A stretch of 64,000 nt of DNA from Candidatus Woesearchaeota archaeon (GCA_021734105.1 JAIPJP010000001.1:36603-100602); one strand, 5' to 3'. Positions 50,190 to 58,756 are shown, counted from the first letter of the stretch. Notes: generated by a model from the letters alone, not told the origin. A program made the numbers and translations.

Positions 50190-51068
50190 ATGGCAGAACA
50201 GAAGATGCATTTGCCCTTAGAAACTTTAAAGCGAATTATAACGGGCAAACAAGTTGTAGAAGCGCGTTTATTTGATCAACGCAGACGAAAATTGGTGGTT
50301 GGCGATACGATAGTTCTTTTTGATAGTGAAAAAAAGACTTCGCTTGTGAAAGTTACTATTGCAGCTATTCGTTCCGGAAAAGATTTTGGCGAACTCTTTG
50401 ATTATTATGGTTCTGTTAAATTGGGTGGTGCAAAGACGCTTTCTAAAGAAGATTATTTGGCTAAAATGAACACGTTGTATTATCCTCCTGATGTGCAGCG
50501 TCTTGGTGTTATTGGTATTGAGTTCGCTAAAGAGAAAATTCTGCAAGGGATGTGGTATGATCCTCATTTTAAAAAAGTATTATTTACGTGGCATCCTACA
50601 GTTGATTTCAAAAAATATATTCCTATTACGCAATGTTATGGTATATGTTTAAATGATGCTGGCGAAGTGCTTATTGGTCGTTGTAAAAAGGTACATGGTG
50701 GAAAATGGATTTTGCCAGGTGGTATTGTTGAGTATGGTAAAGATCCCATAAAGACTCTGCATCGCGAAGTTGATGAAGAAATTTCTATTACGATAACAAA
50801 GCCAACACTTCTTGGTGTGCAACAAGTAGAATTTCTTGATAAGGAAGATGATGATGCTTTTCAACTTCGTTTTGTTGCAATGATTAAAAAATATAAAGAG
50901 TTAACACCTAATCCTGATACTGGCGATGTGTGGGAGAGAAAGTTTATTCCTCTTGATGAATTAAATACTTATTTGAAATGGGGTTTTATTGGTCAAGAAT
51001 TAGTGCATCTTGCGCAAGAGTGGTTTGCTGAAAAAAAGAAAAAGAAAAAAAGTAAAGCGGCAAAGTAA
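50190..51068 (+). CDS. Two-domain protein. The N-terminus is an ASCH/PUA-like beta-barrel (tentative) and the C-terminus is a NUDIX hydrolase.
   Basis: The Nudix box is 'LPGGIVEYGKDPIKTLHREVDEEISI', which fits GX5EX7REUXEE. The N-terminal approximately 110 aa read 'ITGKQVVEARLFDQRRRKLVVGDTIVLFD', and the ASCH call is tentative. Confidence 0.65.
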   Translation: MAEQKMHLPLETLKRIITGKQVVEARLFDQRRRKLVVGDTIVLFDSEKKTSLVKVTIAAIRSGKDFGELFDYYGSVKLGGAKTLSKEDYLAKMNTLYYPPDVQRLGVIGIEFAKEKILQGMWYDPHFKKVLFTWHPTVDFKKYIPITQCYGICLNDAGEVLIGRCKKVHGGKWILPGGIVEYGKDPIKTLHREVDEEISITITKPTLLGVQQVEFLDKEDDDAFQLRFVAMIKKYKELTPNPDTGDVWERKFIPLDELNTYLKWGFIGQELVHLAQEWFAEKKKKKKSKAAK

Positions 51069-51107
51069 TCACCTCCGTGAGTTTCACCTCTTTAGTTATT
51101 ATTTGTA

Positions 51108-51272
51108 TTATTCAGCTTCGACGTAGCCTTTAATAAATCCCTCTTCATGTGGCTCGATACCGTCTGCTTCAAGCATTTCTTCAACAACATCTGCATTATA
51201 GATGTTCCATTCTTCTTCTTCATAAAGAGGTTGGTCCATAAATTCTTCCATATTTTCTGGATATTTTTTCAT
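51108..51272 (-). CDS. Small acidic protein of 54 aa. It is not in the supplied ORF track because it falls below the length cut-off.
   Basis: My manual translation is 'MKKYPENMEEFMDQPLYEEEEWNIYNADVVEEMLEADGIEPHEEGFIKGYVEAE'. A strong 'ggaggtg' sits 7 nt upstream of the ATG. Confidence 0.4.
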   Translation of the reverse strand: MKKYPENMEEFMDQPLYEEEEWNIYNADVVEEMLEADGIEPHEEGFIKGYVEAE

Positions 51273-51473
51273 ACATAACACCTCCCCTTTGGTTAATAAG
51301 GTGATAGTGGTTAAGCCTTAAAAATTTTATGAAGGTGTGGACAAGAAATATTTTTAACTGTTACTATTGCTTTTTTTACACTTAAAAGTATATGGGTGGT
51401 GGTGTTTGAAACTAATTTATTGCTGCCTTGCAAAAAGAACTAAAGAAATAAATACAAAAAATAAAAACTAATT

Positions 51474-51770
51474 TTACGCAGAGGTTCTTTTCCCCTCATA
51501 TGCGGCGTCAATTTGACCGATTATTGAGTTTTTATATGCATTAAATCCTGCGCTAGGGTTTTCTGGAAAGCTTGTTTGTAGGATGTAGTTAATGGTGTTT
51601 TTAAGGGTTGGCCGAGATATATTTTCTTGGTCTTGTAATGGAAGTTGTTTATATTTTTGTTTTGCATTATAATATGAATGCATAGTTTCTATTCCTTTTC
51701 CGACTGTATATACAGCACCTATGCTGCCTGCAATAATTGCTGTGAGTGTTTCTGGTTCCATGATAGCCAC
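51474..51770 (-). CDS. Hypothetical small protein of 98 aa.
   Basis: ORF only. The start is a GTG and there is an internal ATG at codon 4. Confidence 0.3.
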   Translation of the reverse strand: MAIMEPETLTAIIAGSIGAVYTVGKGIETMHSYYNAKQKYKQLPLQDQENISRPTLKNTINYILQTSFPENPSAGFNAYKNSIIGQIDAAYEGKRTSA

Positions 51771-51821
51771 GTAAAAGTAGTAAAGCTCTTATAAAGATTC
51801 CGGAAATCGTTCAAAAAACAC

Positions 51822-52004
51822 TCAGCTGGTTTTTTTAACGAGTTGTTCTGGTGTTGCATGAAAACTATATTTGAGTGTGAGGTGTGGTGGTGGCGCTCGA
51901 AGTAAGGCTCGGTGCACGTCAAATGCTTCGCTTACTATTGCTCGAAGATGCTCAAGATATGCTTTAGCTTCACCTTGTATTTCAAATGAGATGTTGTATT
52001 TCAT
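51822..52004 (-). pseudogene. N-terminal fragment of 60 aa resembling a 2H phosphoesterase (LigT/ThpR-like). It is translationally coupled to the upstream nuclease gene through an ATGA overlap.
   Basis: '...HRALLRAPPPHLTLKYSFHATPEQL' carries an H-x-T-x motif preceded by an Arg-rich stretch, as in the first half of 2H enzymes. At 60 aa the ORF is less than half the length of the family and lacks the second HxTx motif. Confidence 0.3.
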
Positions 52005-53470
52005 GATAATTTTTTTAGCGCGTCTAAAACATCTATCATGCTCTGCGTGTCTTGCTTGCAGTAGGCAAGGAGTGCTGTTCTAATGGCTTGTGCATCCTCA
52101 TCTGTTGCGTTGTCTAACGCTAAGAACGATGCGCTGGCAACGCCTCCTCCTGCTATGTCCATGCCTTCGTAGGAGGTGTTGGTGAGTACAGGAAGTAATG
52201 CTTTTATGGAGTAACTGCCGTGCTGATCAGGATGGTAGTAGGCGAAGCTGCGAAATGGTTCTGCTAAGTCTTTAAATCTACTTAATACATCAGTTATCCA
52301 TGCTTCGTGTTCTGGATATGCTTTCATGAGTTCTTGTAAGATTCGTATTTCAAATGGTGCGTTAAATGCGAGGATGGTTCCAGAGGTGTTAGCAAGTGCA
52401 GCTTTCAGACTTGCTAAAAATGCTGGTCTTGGATCAAGTTCAGGCTCAGCAATAAATTCAACGTGTTTAGTTTCTCCATTGTTTTGTTGTATTATTAAAG
52501 AATATTGGAAGGGTATTTGTTGGTAGGGTTTAGTTCCTTCGTATTTTGGTATGCCGGTGTTAAACGTTTCAAAGTCTACGTGATGGAGTGGAAATGTTAA
52601 TGAAGATAAGAATTCGTTAATAACGTCTTCTTCTAGGTGTGCTTGACCGGTCATAACTGCAACGCTTTGGAGTGCTTGTTTTCTGGATAGTTTTGTTTCT
52701 CTAGGGATTTTTTCTATAAGTTTGTAGCCATTGCCCCATAATGCTTTTGCTTTTTGATTGCGTAGGCTTACGAGTTCAAAGACGGAGTGTGCTGGTAGGA
52801 CTTGACTGCAGGCATCGCAGTCTCGTGGTTTTTCGCAAATGGTTTCTGGGTATTGTTTTTGCGTCAGTAAGTCTTTAAGGAAGGGGATGAAATGTTCAGC
52901 GTCATCATATACTGGTGCTAATCTATCGGTGACGTCTTCGACTTCTAGAAATGCTGCTACGTCGATGGGTTGTGTTTGTGGTCCTCGAATATAGTCTGAG
53001 TTGATGTGCACGATATGAATCCTATTAAGATGTAGTCCGTTCTGGGTTAAGACGCGAGCTTGAAACGCCACGTCATGCAAATGTTCATCTTTTACTCTTG
53101 TTGATGACTTGACTTCATACAAGTCCCAACTATCTTTCCCGACAGGAACAAGGATGTCTACTCGCGCAAAGCAAGGAGTGTCTTCAACAACGGCAGCAAA
53201 GCCCGCTTCAAAGAGTGGTACTCGCTTCCCCGAGGCAAGCAATTCTTTGGTCTTCGCAGCGTTTGCTTCCTGATCATAATTGCGTAGCATGATGCCATCT
53301 GGCCACATCGAGGTTGCCATCTCTCCAACAACCTGCCCCTCTGCCATCCGAAGCTCGCCATCAATGCCTGTCTCAGGCAAGAGCCGAGGCCTATTGAGCT
53401 TCATCCAAAACAAGCGAGGACAAAACACGCCAGTAACATAAAGTGATTTCGTGAGGGTTATTTGAGTCAT
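52001..53470 (-). CDS. Two-domain nuclease. The N-terminus is a Cas4/RecB-like PD-(D/E)xK nuclease with Cys ligands. The C-terminus is a DEDD-type 3'-5' exonuclease-like domain. The overall architecture is DUF2779-like.
   Basis: The N-terminus reads 'GVFCPRLFW', the Cas4 N-terminal Cys. 'DILVPVGKDSWDLYEVKSS' is the D...E.K core. 'CEKPRDCDAC' is the Cys cluster. The C-terminus reads 'LHHVDFETFNTG' (Exo I D-x-E), 'ILAFNAPFE' and 'YYHPDQHGSYSIKAL'. The start is at the internal ATG 'MTQITL'. Confidence 0.6.
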   Translation of the reverse strand: MTQITLTKSLYVTGVFCPRLFWMKLNRPRLLPETGIDGELRMAEGQVVGEMATSMWPDGIMLRNYDQEANAAKTKELLASGKRVPLFEAGFAAVVEDTPCFARVDILVPVGKDSWDLYEVKSSTRVKDEHLHDVAFQARVLTQNGLHLNRIHIVHINSDYIRGPQTQPIDVAAFLEVEDVTDRLAPVYDDAEHFIPFLKDLLTQKQYPETICEKPRDCDACSQVLPAHSVFELVSLRNQKAKALWGNGYKLIEKIPRETKLSRKQALQSVAVMTGQAHLEEDVINEFLSSLTFPLHHVDFETFNTGIPKYEGTKPYQQIPFQYSLIIQQNNGETKHVEFIAEPELDPRPAFLASLKAALANTSGTILAFNAPFEIRILQELMKAYPEHEAWITDVLSRFKDLAEPFRSFAYYHPDQHGSYSIKALLPVLTNTSYEGMDIAGGGVASASFLALDNATDEDAQAIRTALLAYCKQDTQSMIDVLDALKKLS

Positions 53471-53618
53471 TTTGTTGGTTATTGTACATTTGTTTTGTAT
53501 TTTTTTATTAATGATGCTTCTTAATTTAATTTGGATACTTATTTGAATCATAAACTACTTTGTAGTCTGACCTTTACAGTAGTTCAAAACTTTTTAATAC
53601 TTTGTTCAACTACGAATT

Positions 53619-54779
53619 TCATATTTTTCCCTCAAGTAAATCTATGATTTTTCCTGCAACGTAAACTTTTTTCCTACCTTCTGAGCCAACTTCTTCAGCT
53701 ATATTTGCTTCTATGAGTTTTTGTACTAAATTCCATGCAGTTGGTTGTGTTGATTCTAATATGACTCTTATATCTTCTACTGTAAAGAATGGTTGTTTAA
53801 ATAAAGAATCAATTATTGCGTGCATTTTTGGGCTTTGAGAAAATCCTTGAATTTTTTGATGAAGTTCTTGCTTATATGTGTCTATTTTATTAAGTAGTTC
53901 AAATGATTTTTCTGCTTGCACTTCTAGAGCTTTAAGGATAAATATTAACCAGTCTTCTATTTTTCCTTTTGCACTAACTTCGTAGAGTGCTTCGATATAT
54001 CTATCTTTGTTTCTTGTTAAATACTCGCTAATATAAAGTAATGGTTGACTAATTATTTTTTCTTTGCAAAGTTGTAATACTATAAACATTCGTCCAATTC
54101 TACCATTACCATCTCTAAATGGATGGATTGCTTCAAATTGATAATGAGTAAGGGCTATTTTATATAATGGAATAACATCTTCGTCAGAATTCATATATTC
54201 AATTAAATTTTTCATTAAATGATGTGTTGTTTCAGGTGATGCCGGAACAAATTTTGCCGAGTCAAAGGTGTCCTCTCGTTTTCCAATTGCGTTTTGTTTT
54301 TCCTTATAGTTTCCTGGTTCTTTATCCTCTCCTCGAACGCCTTGCAACAATTTTTTATGAATTTCTTTGATTAGCTCTTCTGAAAATTTTGTTTCATTGG
54401 TTTTTAACGCCTGAAGCAGTGCTTCTTGATAATTTCTAATTTCTTCGTTATCTAGTCTTTTTTCTAGATTTTGTTCTTTAATTTTCTCTCCTTTAAAGAC
54501 ATCTGAAATTGTTGAACGAGTACCTTCTATTTCTGAACTAAGTTGTGCTTCTTTAATCATAAACGGAAGCATGAAAAGACTGATTTCTTGTTCGGAGAAT
54601 TTTTTTGTTAGTCCATCAAGTCTCCCTAATGCTAGACTTGTTTTTTGAGCTTGGAAACTTAATGCCTTTTGTTCTTCAAATTCTAAAGGTAAAAAGCGTG
54701 GTTCGAATCGAAAATATGCTCCTTGAGGCTCCCAAACGGCTTTTCCCGCTCTTTCTGAAGTAAAATCTTTTTCGTTCAT
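53619..54779 (-). CDS. fic: Fic/Doc-family protein (AMPylation-type).
   Basis: The canonical motif is 'HPFRDGNGRIGR'. There is a C-terminal wHTH-like tail. Confidence 0.85.
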   Translation of the reverse strand: MNEKDFTSERAGKAVWEPQGAYFRFEPRFLPLEFEEQKALSFQAQKTSLALGRLDGLTKKFSEQEISLFMLPFMIKEAQLSSEIEGTRSTISDVFKGEKIKEQNLEKRLDNEEIRNYQEALLQALKTNETKFSEELIKEIHKKLLQGVRGEDKEPGNYKEKQNAIGKREDTFDSAKFVPASPETTHHLMKNLIEYMNSDEDVIPLYKIALTHYQFEAIHPFRDGNGRIGRMFIVLQLCKEKIISQPLLYISEYLTRNKDRYIEALYEVSAKGKIEDWLIFILKALEVQAEKSFELLNKIDTYKQELHQKIQGFSQSPKMHAIIDSLFKQPFFTVEDIRVILESTQPTAWNLVQKLIEANIAEEVGSEGRKKVYVAGKIIDLLEGKI

Positions 54780-54811
54780 TGTTGATTATGTATTATAATT
54801 TCACCTTATAA

Positions 54812-54915
54812 ATGTTTGCTTTATTATAAGTTCCTTTATAAACGCCCTTATAGTTACATCGTTTATTATAAATCGAAGTTGATCATGTTGCTTTATTATA
54901 AGTTCCTTTATAAAT
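54812..54915. promoter_or_regulatory. Two copies of a 30-nt direct repeat, 'atgtt(t)gctttattataagttcctttataaa', separated by about 43 nt and lying upstream of fic.
   Basis: The repeats are at 54812-54842 and 54886-54915 and differ by a single T indel. Each contains TATA-like 'ttattataa' and 'tttataaa'. A further 'tttattataaat' lies in the spacer. Confidence 0.6.
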
Positions 54916-55237
54916 CCCTTTATAATTTTCGTTTGTACTCAGTCACATCTTGATTGAGCAAGCCATTCTTTGAATGATTTTAAGGATGTACTATTTTTTA
55001 AATACGTTACGAGAGATTGTCTAGTGAGATTTAAGTGCTTTTAACCCTCAAAAAAGCTTAAATAGTTTCTAATCTCTTTTTATTCAAACCAACTGCTGGG
55101 GAGTTCGTCAGGTTAAAGTCCTGAAGGGCAAACCAGGGTAGCGGCACTCTTCGTAGTGTCTTTTGGTTTTTCTTTCCGAAAATTCTTCGAATTTACTGCA
55201 GAAGAGCTTTTTAATTGGTTGTTTGACTTGTTTCTTT

Positions 55238-55906
55238 ATGCGATTAAAAGATATTTCTTTGGAAAATCGTCCTCGTGAGCGAATGCAACGAGAAGGTGCT
55301 GTTGTACTTTCAGATGCTGAATTATTAGCTGTTATTTTACAGAAAGGAACTAGAAACGAAAATGTTATTGATATGTCGCATCGGTTGATTTCTAAATATG
55401 GATTTAATAAGCTTTCATGTTGTAGTTTACATGAATTACAAGAGATTAACGGTATAGGCGTGGCTAAAGCTTCTCAGATTCTTGCGTTATTTGAGTTTAA
55501 TAAACGACATAATTTATCTAAACAAAATGGTAAGTCTATTAAATCTGCTAAAGATGTGTATGAGTATTGTTCTGTTAAATTAGCAGGAGCAGATAAAGAA
55601 CATTTTATGATTTTGCATTTAGATTCTAAAAATAAAGTGATTAAAGATGAAATAGTGTCTGTTGGTACGTTAAACAGCTCTTTGATACATCCAAGAGAAG
55701 TCTTTAAATCAGCTATCAAAGAAAGTGCTAATTCTGTAATAGTAGTTCACAATCATCCAAGTGGAAATCCAGAACCTTCTGAAAATGATAAAGAAGTAAC
55801 TCAAATACTCGTAAAGGCAGGGAAATTGTTAGCTATTACTGTTTTAGATCATATTATTATTGGAACTGAGGGGTTTTTTAGTTTTAGCAACGAGGGATAT
55901 TTGTGA
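55238..55906 (+). CDS. radC: RadC-like JAB/JAMM-domain protein.
   Basis: The N-terminus reads 'ENRPRERMQREGAVVLSDAELLAVIL'. The JAMM motif is 'VVHNHPSGNPEPSENDKEVTQ'. I chose the internal ATG at 55238 over the track start at 55163. Confidence 0.8.
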   Translation: MRLKDISLENRPRERMQREGAVVLSDAELLAVILQKGTRNENVIDMSHRLISKYGFNKLSCCSLHELQEINGIGVAKASQILALFEFNKRHNLSKQNGKSIKSAKDVYEYCSVKLAGADKEHFMILHLDSKNKVIKDEIVSVGTLNSSLIHPREVFKSAIKESANSVIVVHNHPSGNPEPSENDKEVTQILVKAGKLLAITVLDHIIIGTEGFFSFSNEGYL

Positions 55907-56616
55907 AGATTATTGAGCCAAAATCGTTTACTGATAAATTTGAGAAATTATTTCCTCCTCAAGTCAAAAATGTGTTTAAAAAGAAGATTGCGGAGTTAAA
56001 AGATAATCCGACTAAAGGGAGGCCGTTGAGTTATGTATTTATCAGAGAGTTAAAAAGTAAGGGTTATCGCGTGTATTATGTTATTTATGATGAAAAGGTG
56101 ATATTGGTGGATTGTGGTAATAAAAAAACACAAGAAGTTCCAGAAGACATCGCTGCAGCTGGAGGTGACTGCGTCTTCACCTTTGACAATCTTCAAGACA
56201 CGTATACGTTAGAAGATCAAGTCAATGGTAAGTTATACATTGATTGTCCGGATGAAAAATCTTCTGATGGCTGGCTTGTTGTTGGAAAATATTCACAGGG
56301 TGAACATTATATGTCTTCTCAAATGGTTTATGGAAAAAAGCTAGTTGCACCTTACGCGCAAACTATTCGAGCATTTAGCGCAGGCAAAGGTTCTGGGGGA
56401 AGTGGTTATACTTCATTTAGAGAACCAGGCGAATACACTATTGAAGTTTTCGCTTATGATTGTGCTGCCATTAAAGCTAATCCTGAAGTAAATACGTTGT
56501 GCGATGATGAACCTAGGTTTATTCAAAGAGTTGAAGATTTATGGGAAAACTTAGAACCCTACAAAGAACTAAGACAAACTATTATTGTTGTTGCAGAAAA
56601 TCAAACTGCTTCGTAA
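55903..56616 (+). CDS. Fusion protein. The N-terminus is a RelE/ParE-like toxin fold and the C-terminal domain of about 160 aa is unknown.
   Basis: The N-terminus reads 'NPTKGRPLSYVFIRELKSKGYRVYYVIYDEKVILVDCGNKK', which matches the pattern ...G.YRIIY.ID.E...V.IL.IG.RK. The GTG start overlaps the radC stop as GTGA. Confidence 0.55.
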   Translation: MKIIEPKSFTDKFEKLFPPQVKNVFKKKIAELKDNPTKGRPLSYVFIRELKSKGYRVYYVIYDEKVILVDCGNKKTQEVPEDIAAAGGDCVFTFDNLQDTYTLEDQVNGKLYIDCPDEKSSDGWLVVGKYSQGEHYMSSQMVYGKKLVAPYAQTIRAFSAGKGSGGSGYTSFREPGEYTIEVFAYDCAAIKANPEVNTLCDDEPRFIQRVEDLWENLEPYKELRQTIIVVAENQTAS

Positions 56617-57071
56617 AATGAGGGTGTGGTGTTACCAAGAATATCGTTGCATGCCATAAGTGCAGAATAATGGTGCTGGTGGTTCTTTATTTATTTTCAT
56701 CAATAAACTTTTCCTATCCTGGAGACTTTCTCCACGTAGAAGATTTCACAGCCTGTATCGTCTCGGGTCAGGCTTGACGTCCAGGGTAGTAAGCGTTCGC
56801 TTTCTGCGCTAATAAGATACCCTTCCATCCGAACGACCTCGTGTTTTTTTATCTGCGACAATGTTTTACGTATGTCTTTGTTTGCTGGTATCAGGTGGTT
56901 GTTGGAGAAATGTTCTTTAACATATGTTGGCTATATGTCTTTATTAGAGGATGATTTTAAGAAAATTTATGAGGATACTGTTTTTGTGTAGATGTCCAAA
57001 AGATTTCTAGGAATTAATAAACTCATGTCCGTCAAACTCTAGCGCAACTCTTCTTTCTTTGCTTCAGGGAG

Positions 57072-58058
57072 CTATTTCCATTGCCGTTCTACACGCTTTG
57101 CAAGTCGCATGTCTTTTGCTATTTTTGATTTCATTCCTTTCCCAACTTTTGCTAGGCCGTAGCGTACTGCTTTAGGTATGCCTGCTGTTTTTATTCCTTT
57201 CTTGGTTTGTGCTTTGCTTGCTGTATACACAATAGTTCCTATGCTTTCTAGAACAATTGTTGCTATTTCGTCTGGCGTTGCTAATTTCTCGTTTTGTAGA
57301 TATGTTGTTGGGTAAAGTGTTGTTTTTATGCTGACGCGTCTTTTGAGTTCTTGGGGGAGTTCTAAGAGTAGGTGTTGTAGTGTTTGTGGACTTTTGTCTT
57401 GTCGGATTATCTCATTAGTGATACTCACATCGTAATTGCTAAGTAGGGGGATATATTGCTTGTAAAACGCATCATAATTTTTTTCTACAATATGTTGTAC
57501 TTTATTTTTGTTTTCTGCAAATTTCATGCGATTATCTTTGTGATACGATAAACCTGCAATGGTTAAGAATAAATCTTCGTAGCTAAATGCTTCAGGTAAA
57601 ACGAGTAGCGCAGTATTCACTGCGTGTGCTAAATTTTTTTCTTGTGCTTGATTAACAAGCTCGTTTGTTTTTATGCTAAGAAATGGTTTATGCATGCGTC
57701 CTGCGACATAGAGTGAATTCCATTCTGTTAAATCTTTAATGAGTGCTTCTTCGCTGATAACACCGTACTTAATGAGCTTGTCTTCAAATTTTACAAAAGG
57801 GTTGTAATAGATGCCAGTATACTCTTCTTGTAATTGTTCTACTGCGTTTATGCCGTGTTGTTTTGCCCATAACGAGTAATCTTGTGGTCGTCGTCCCATG
57901 TTATGCAGATGCCACTGTGCTACTTCTTGCACACCAAAGATAAAATCTATCATGGGTCCTCGTTTCATGGAATAGTTTTGTTGTTCCATGGCTCCAGAAC
58001 CGTATGCTATAGCAAAGTCTGGCGTGAATTCGGTGATAATATCTAAGGGATCAATCAT
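57072..58058 (-). CDS. Tam41/Mmp37-like phosphatidate cytidylyltransferase (CDP-DAG synthase) homologue.
   Basis: 'AIAYGSGAMEQ...MIDFIFGVQEVAQWHLHNMGRRPQDYS...GIYYNPFVKFEDKLIKYGVISEEALIKDLTEWNSLYVAGRMHKP' matches my recollection of the Tam41 pattern (YGSG...DFIF.V...WH..N....HYS...YFNP.V......KYGV.....L..DL..W..LY.AGR.QKP). Confidence 0.55.
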   Translation of the reverse strand: MIDPLDIITEFTPDFAIAYGSGAMEQQNYSMKRGPMIDFIFGVQEVAQWHLHNMGRRPQDYSLWAKQHGINAVEQLQEEYTGIYYNPFVKFEDKLIKYGVISEEALIKDLTEWNSLYVAGRMHKPFLSIKTNELVNQAQEKNLAHAVNTALLVLPEAFSYEDLFLTIAGLSYHKDNRMKFAENKNKVQHIVEKNYDAFYKQYIPLLSNYDVSITNEIIRQDKSPQTLQHLLLELPQELKRRVSIKTTLYPTTYLQNEKLATPDEIATIVLESIGTIVYTASKAQTKKGIKTAGIPKAVRYGLAKVGKGMKSKIAKDMRLAKRVERQWK

Positions 58059-58384
58059 TTTGTGAATTTCTAAATGTAAGGCGTTTTATAAGTTTGCGTA
58101 TTTGTCTTTTTATACGCTTGCAACTTGCCTGTAATATTCGTCCTATAAGTATTATGATAAGTTGTTTTATGCTTCGAACAATAATTTTGTTGAGTTGTTT
58201 GATTATGACGTGGTTCATAGATAGACTTGCTTAGAATATCTTATTTAACACTTCACCTTATAGTATATAAGGGTTTATAAGTTATGTACTTAGCACGAAG
58301 TAATCAAAACATAGCAAAAATTAATTTTCAAGAAAAAACTATATTGTTAAAGACAGTTCTTATGATTTTGTAGGTAAAACCTTT

Positions 58385-58756
58385 TTAAAAAATAATAATT
58401 ATTGTTGTAAAGGCGATAAGTATTCCTACAATATAAATAATGAGTCCTTCCACCCAAGGCATTATTCTCCATTTCGCAAAAATAACTGGTTTTTTGAGTT
58501 TATGAATTTCAAGACCAAGTGTGAATATAGATAAAAGTAAGAAAAGAAGGGATGCTCCCGCAACAAGTTTGCTACAATTAAATTCTCCCCCCTTTCTTGA
58601 GCATACTTGATTAAGGATACTAACTGTTAAGTCTGATGGATCAATAGTTAATCCAGAAACAGCACTCATGCCAACAAATAAACCTGAAATTATTCCTTCA
58701 AAAAATATTCTTTTTCGAACAGGATACATTTTTTGTTTTCGCTTTTTTTGCGGCAT
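58385..58756 (-). CDS. Small membrane protein with about 3 TM helices.
   Basis: The basic N-terminus 'PQKKRKQKMYPVRKR' is followed by hydrophobic helices. Confidence 0.45.
   Translation of the reverse strand: MPQKKRKQKMYPVRKRIFFEGIISGLFVGMSAVSGLTIDPSDLTVSILNQVCSRKGGEFNCSKLVAGASLLFLLLSIFTLGLEIHKLKKPVIFAKWRIMPWVEGLIIYIVGILIAFTTIIIIF

Noticed and set aside
46350-51434. The 12-mer 'tgctgccttgca' present in two intergenic regions, at about 46350 and 51423.
   Set aside because: A single exact 12-mer recurrence within 64 kb is expected many times over by chance, since the number of position pairs is about 2e9 against 4^12 = 1.7e7. No extended similarity surrounds it.
51474-52004. The idea that the 60-aa 2H-like ORF and the downstream 98-aa ORF are one LigT gene interrupted by a recoded stop. 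They are in the same frame.
   Set aside because: Two in-frame stops (TGA then TAA) separate them, and the downstream ORF lacks the second H-x-T-x motif. Stop-codon reassignment is not supported, because TGA terminates many clearly complete genes here.
54812-54915. Two 30-nt direct repeats with a 43-nt spacer, considered as a mini-CRISPR.
   Set aside because: There are only two copies, the spacer itself contains repeat-like TATA motifs, and no cas genes are present. I kept it as a putative regulatory duplication.
55085-55160. A GC-richer stretch, 'ctgctggggagttcgtcaggttaaagtcctgaagggcaaaccagggtagcggcac', considered as an ncRNA or tRNA fragment.
   Set aside because: It forms only a weak 5-bp hairpin and has no tRNA-like arms. 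It may just be the radC 5' leader.
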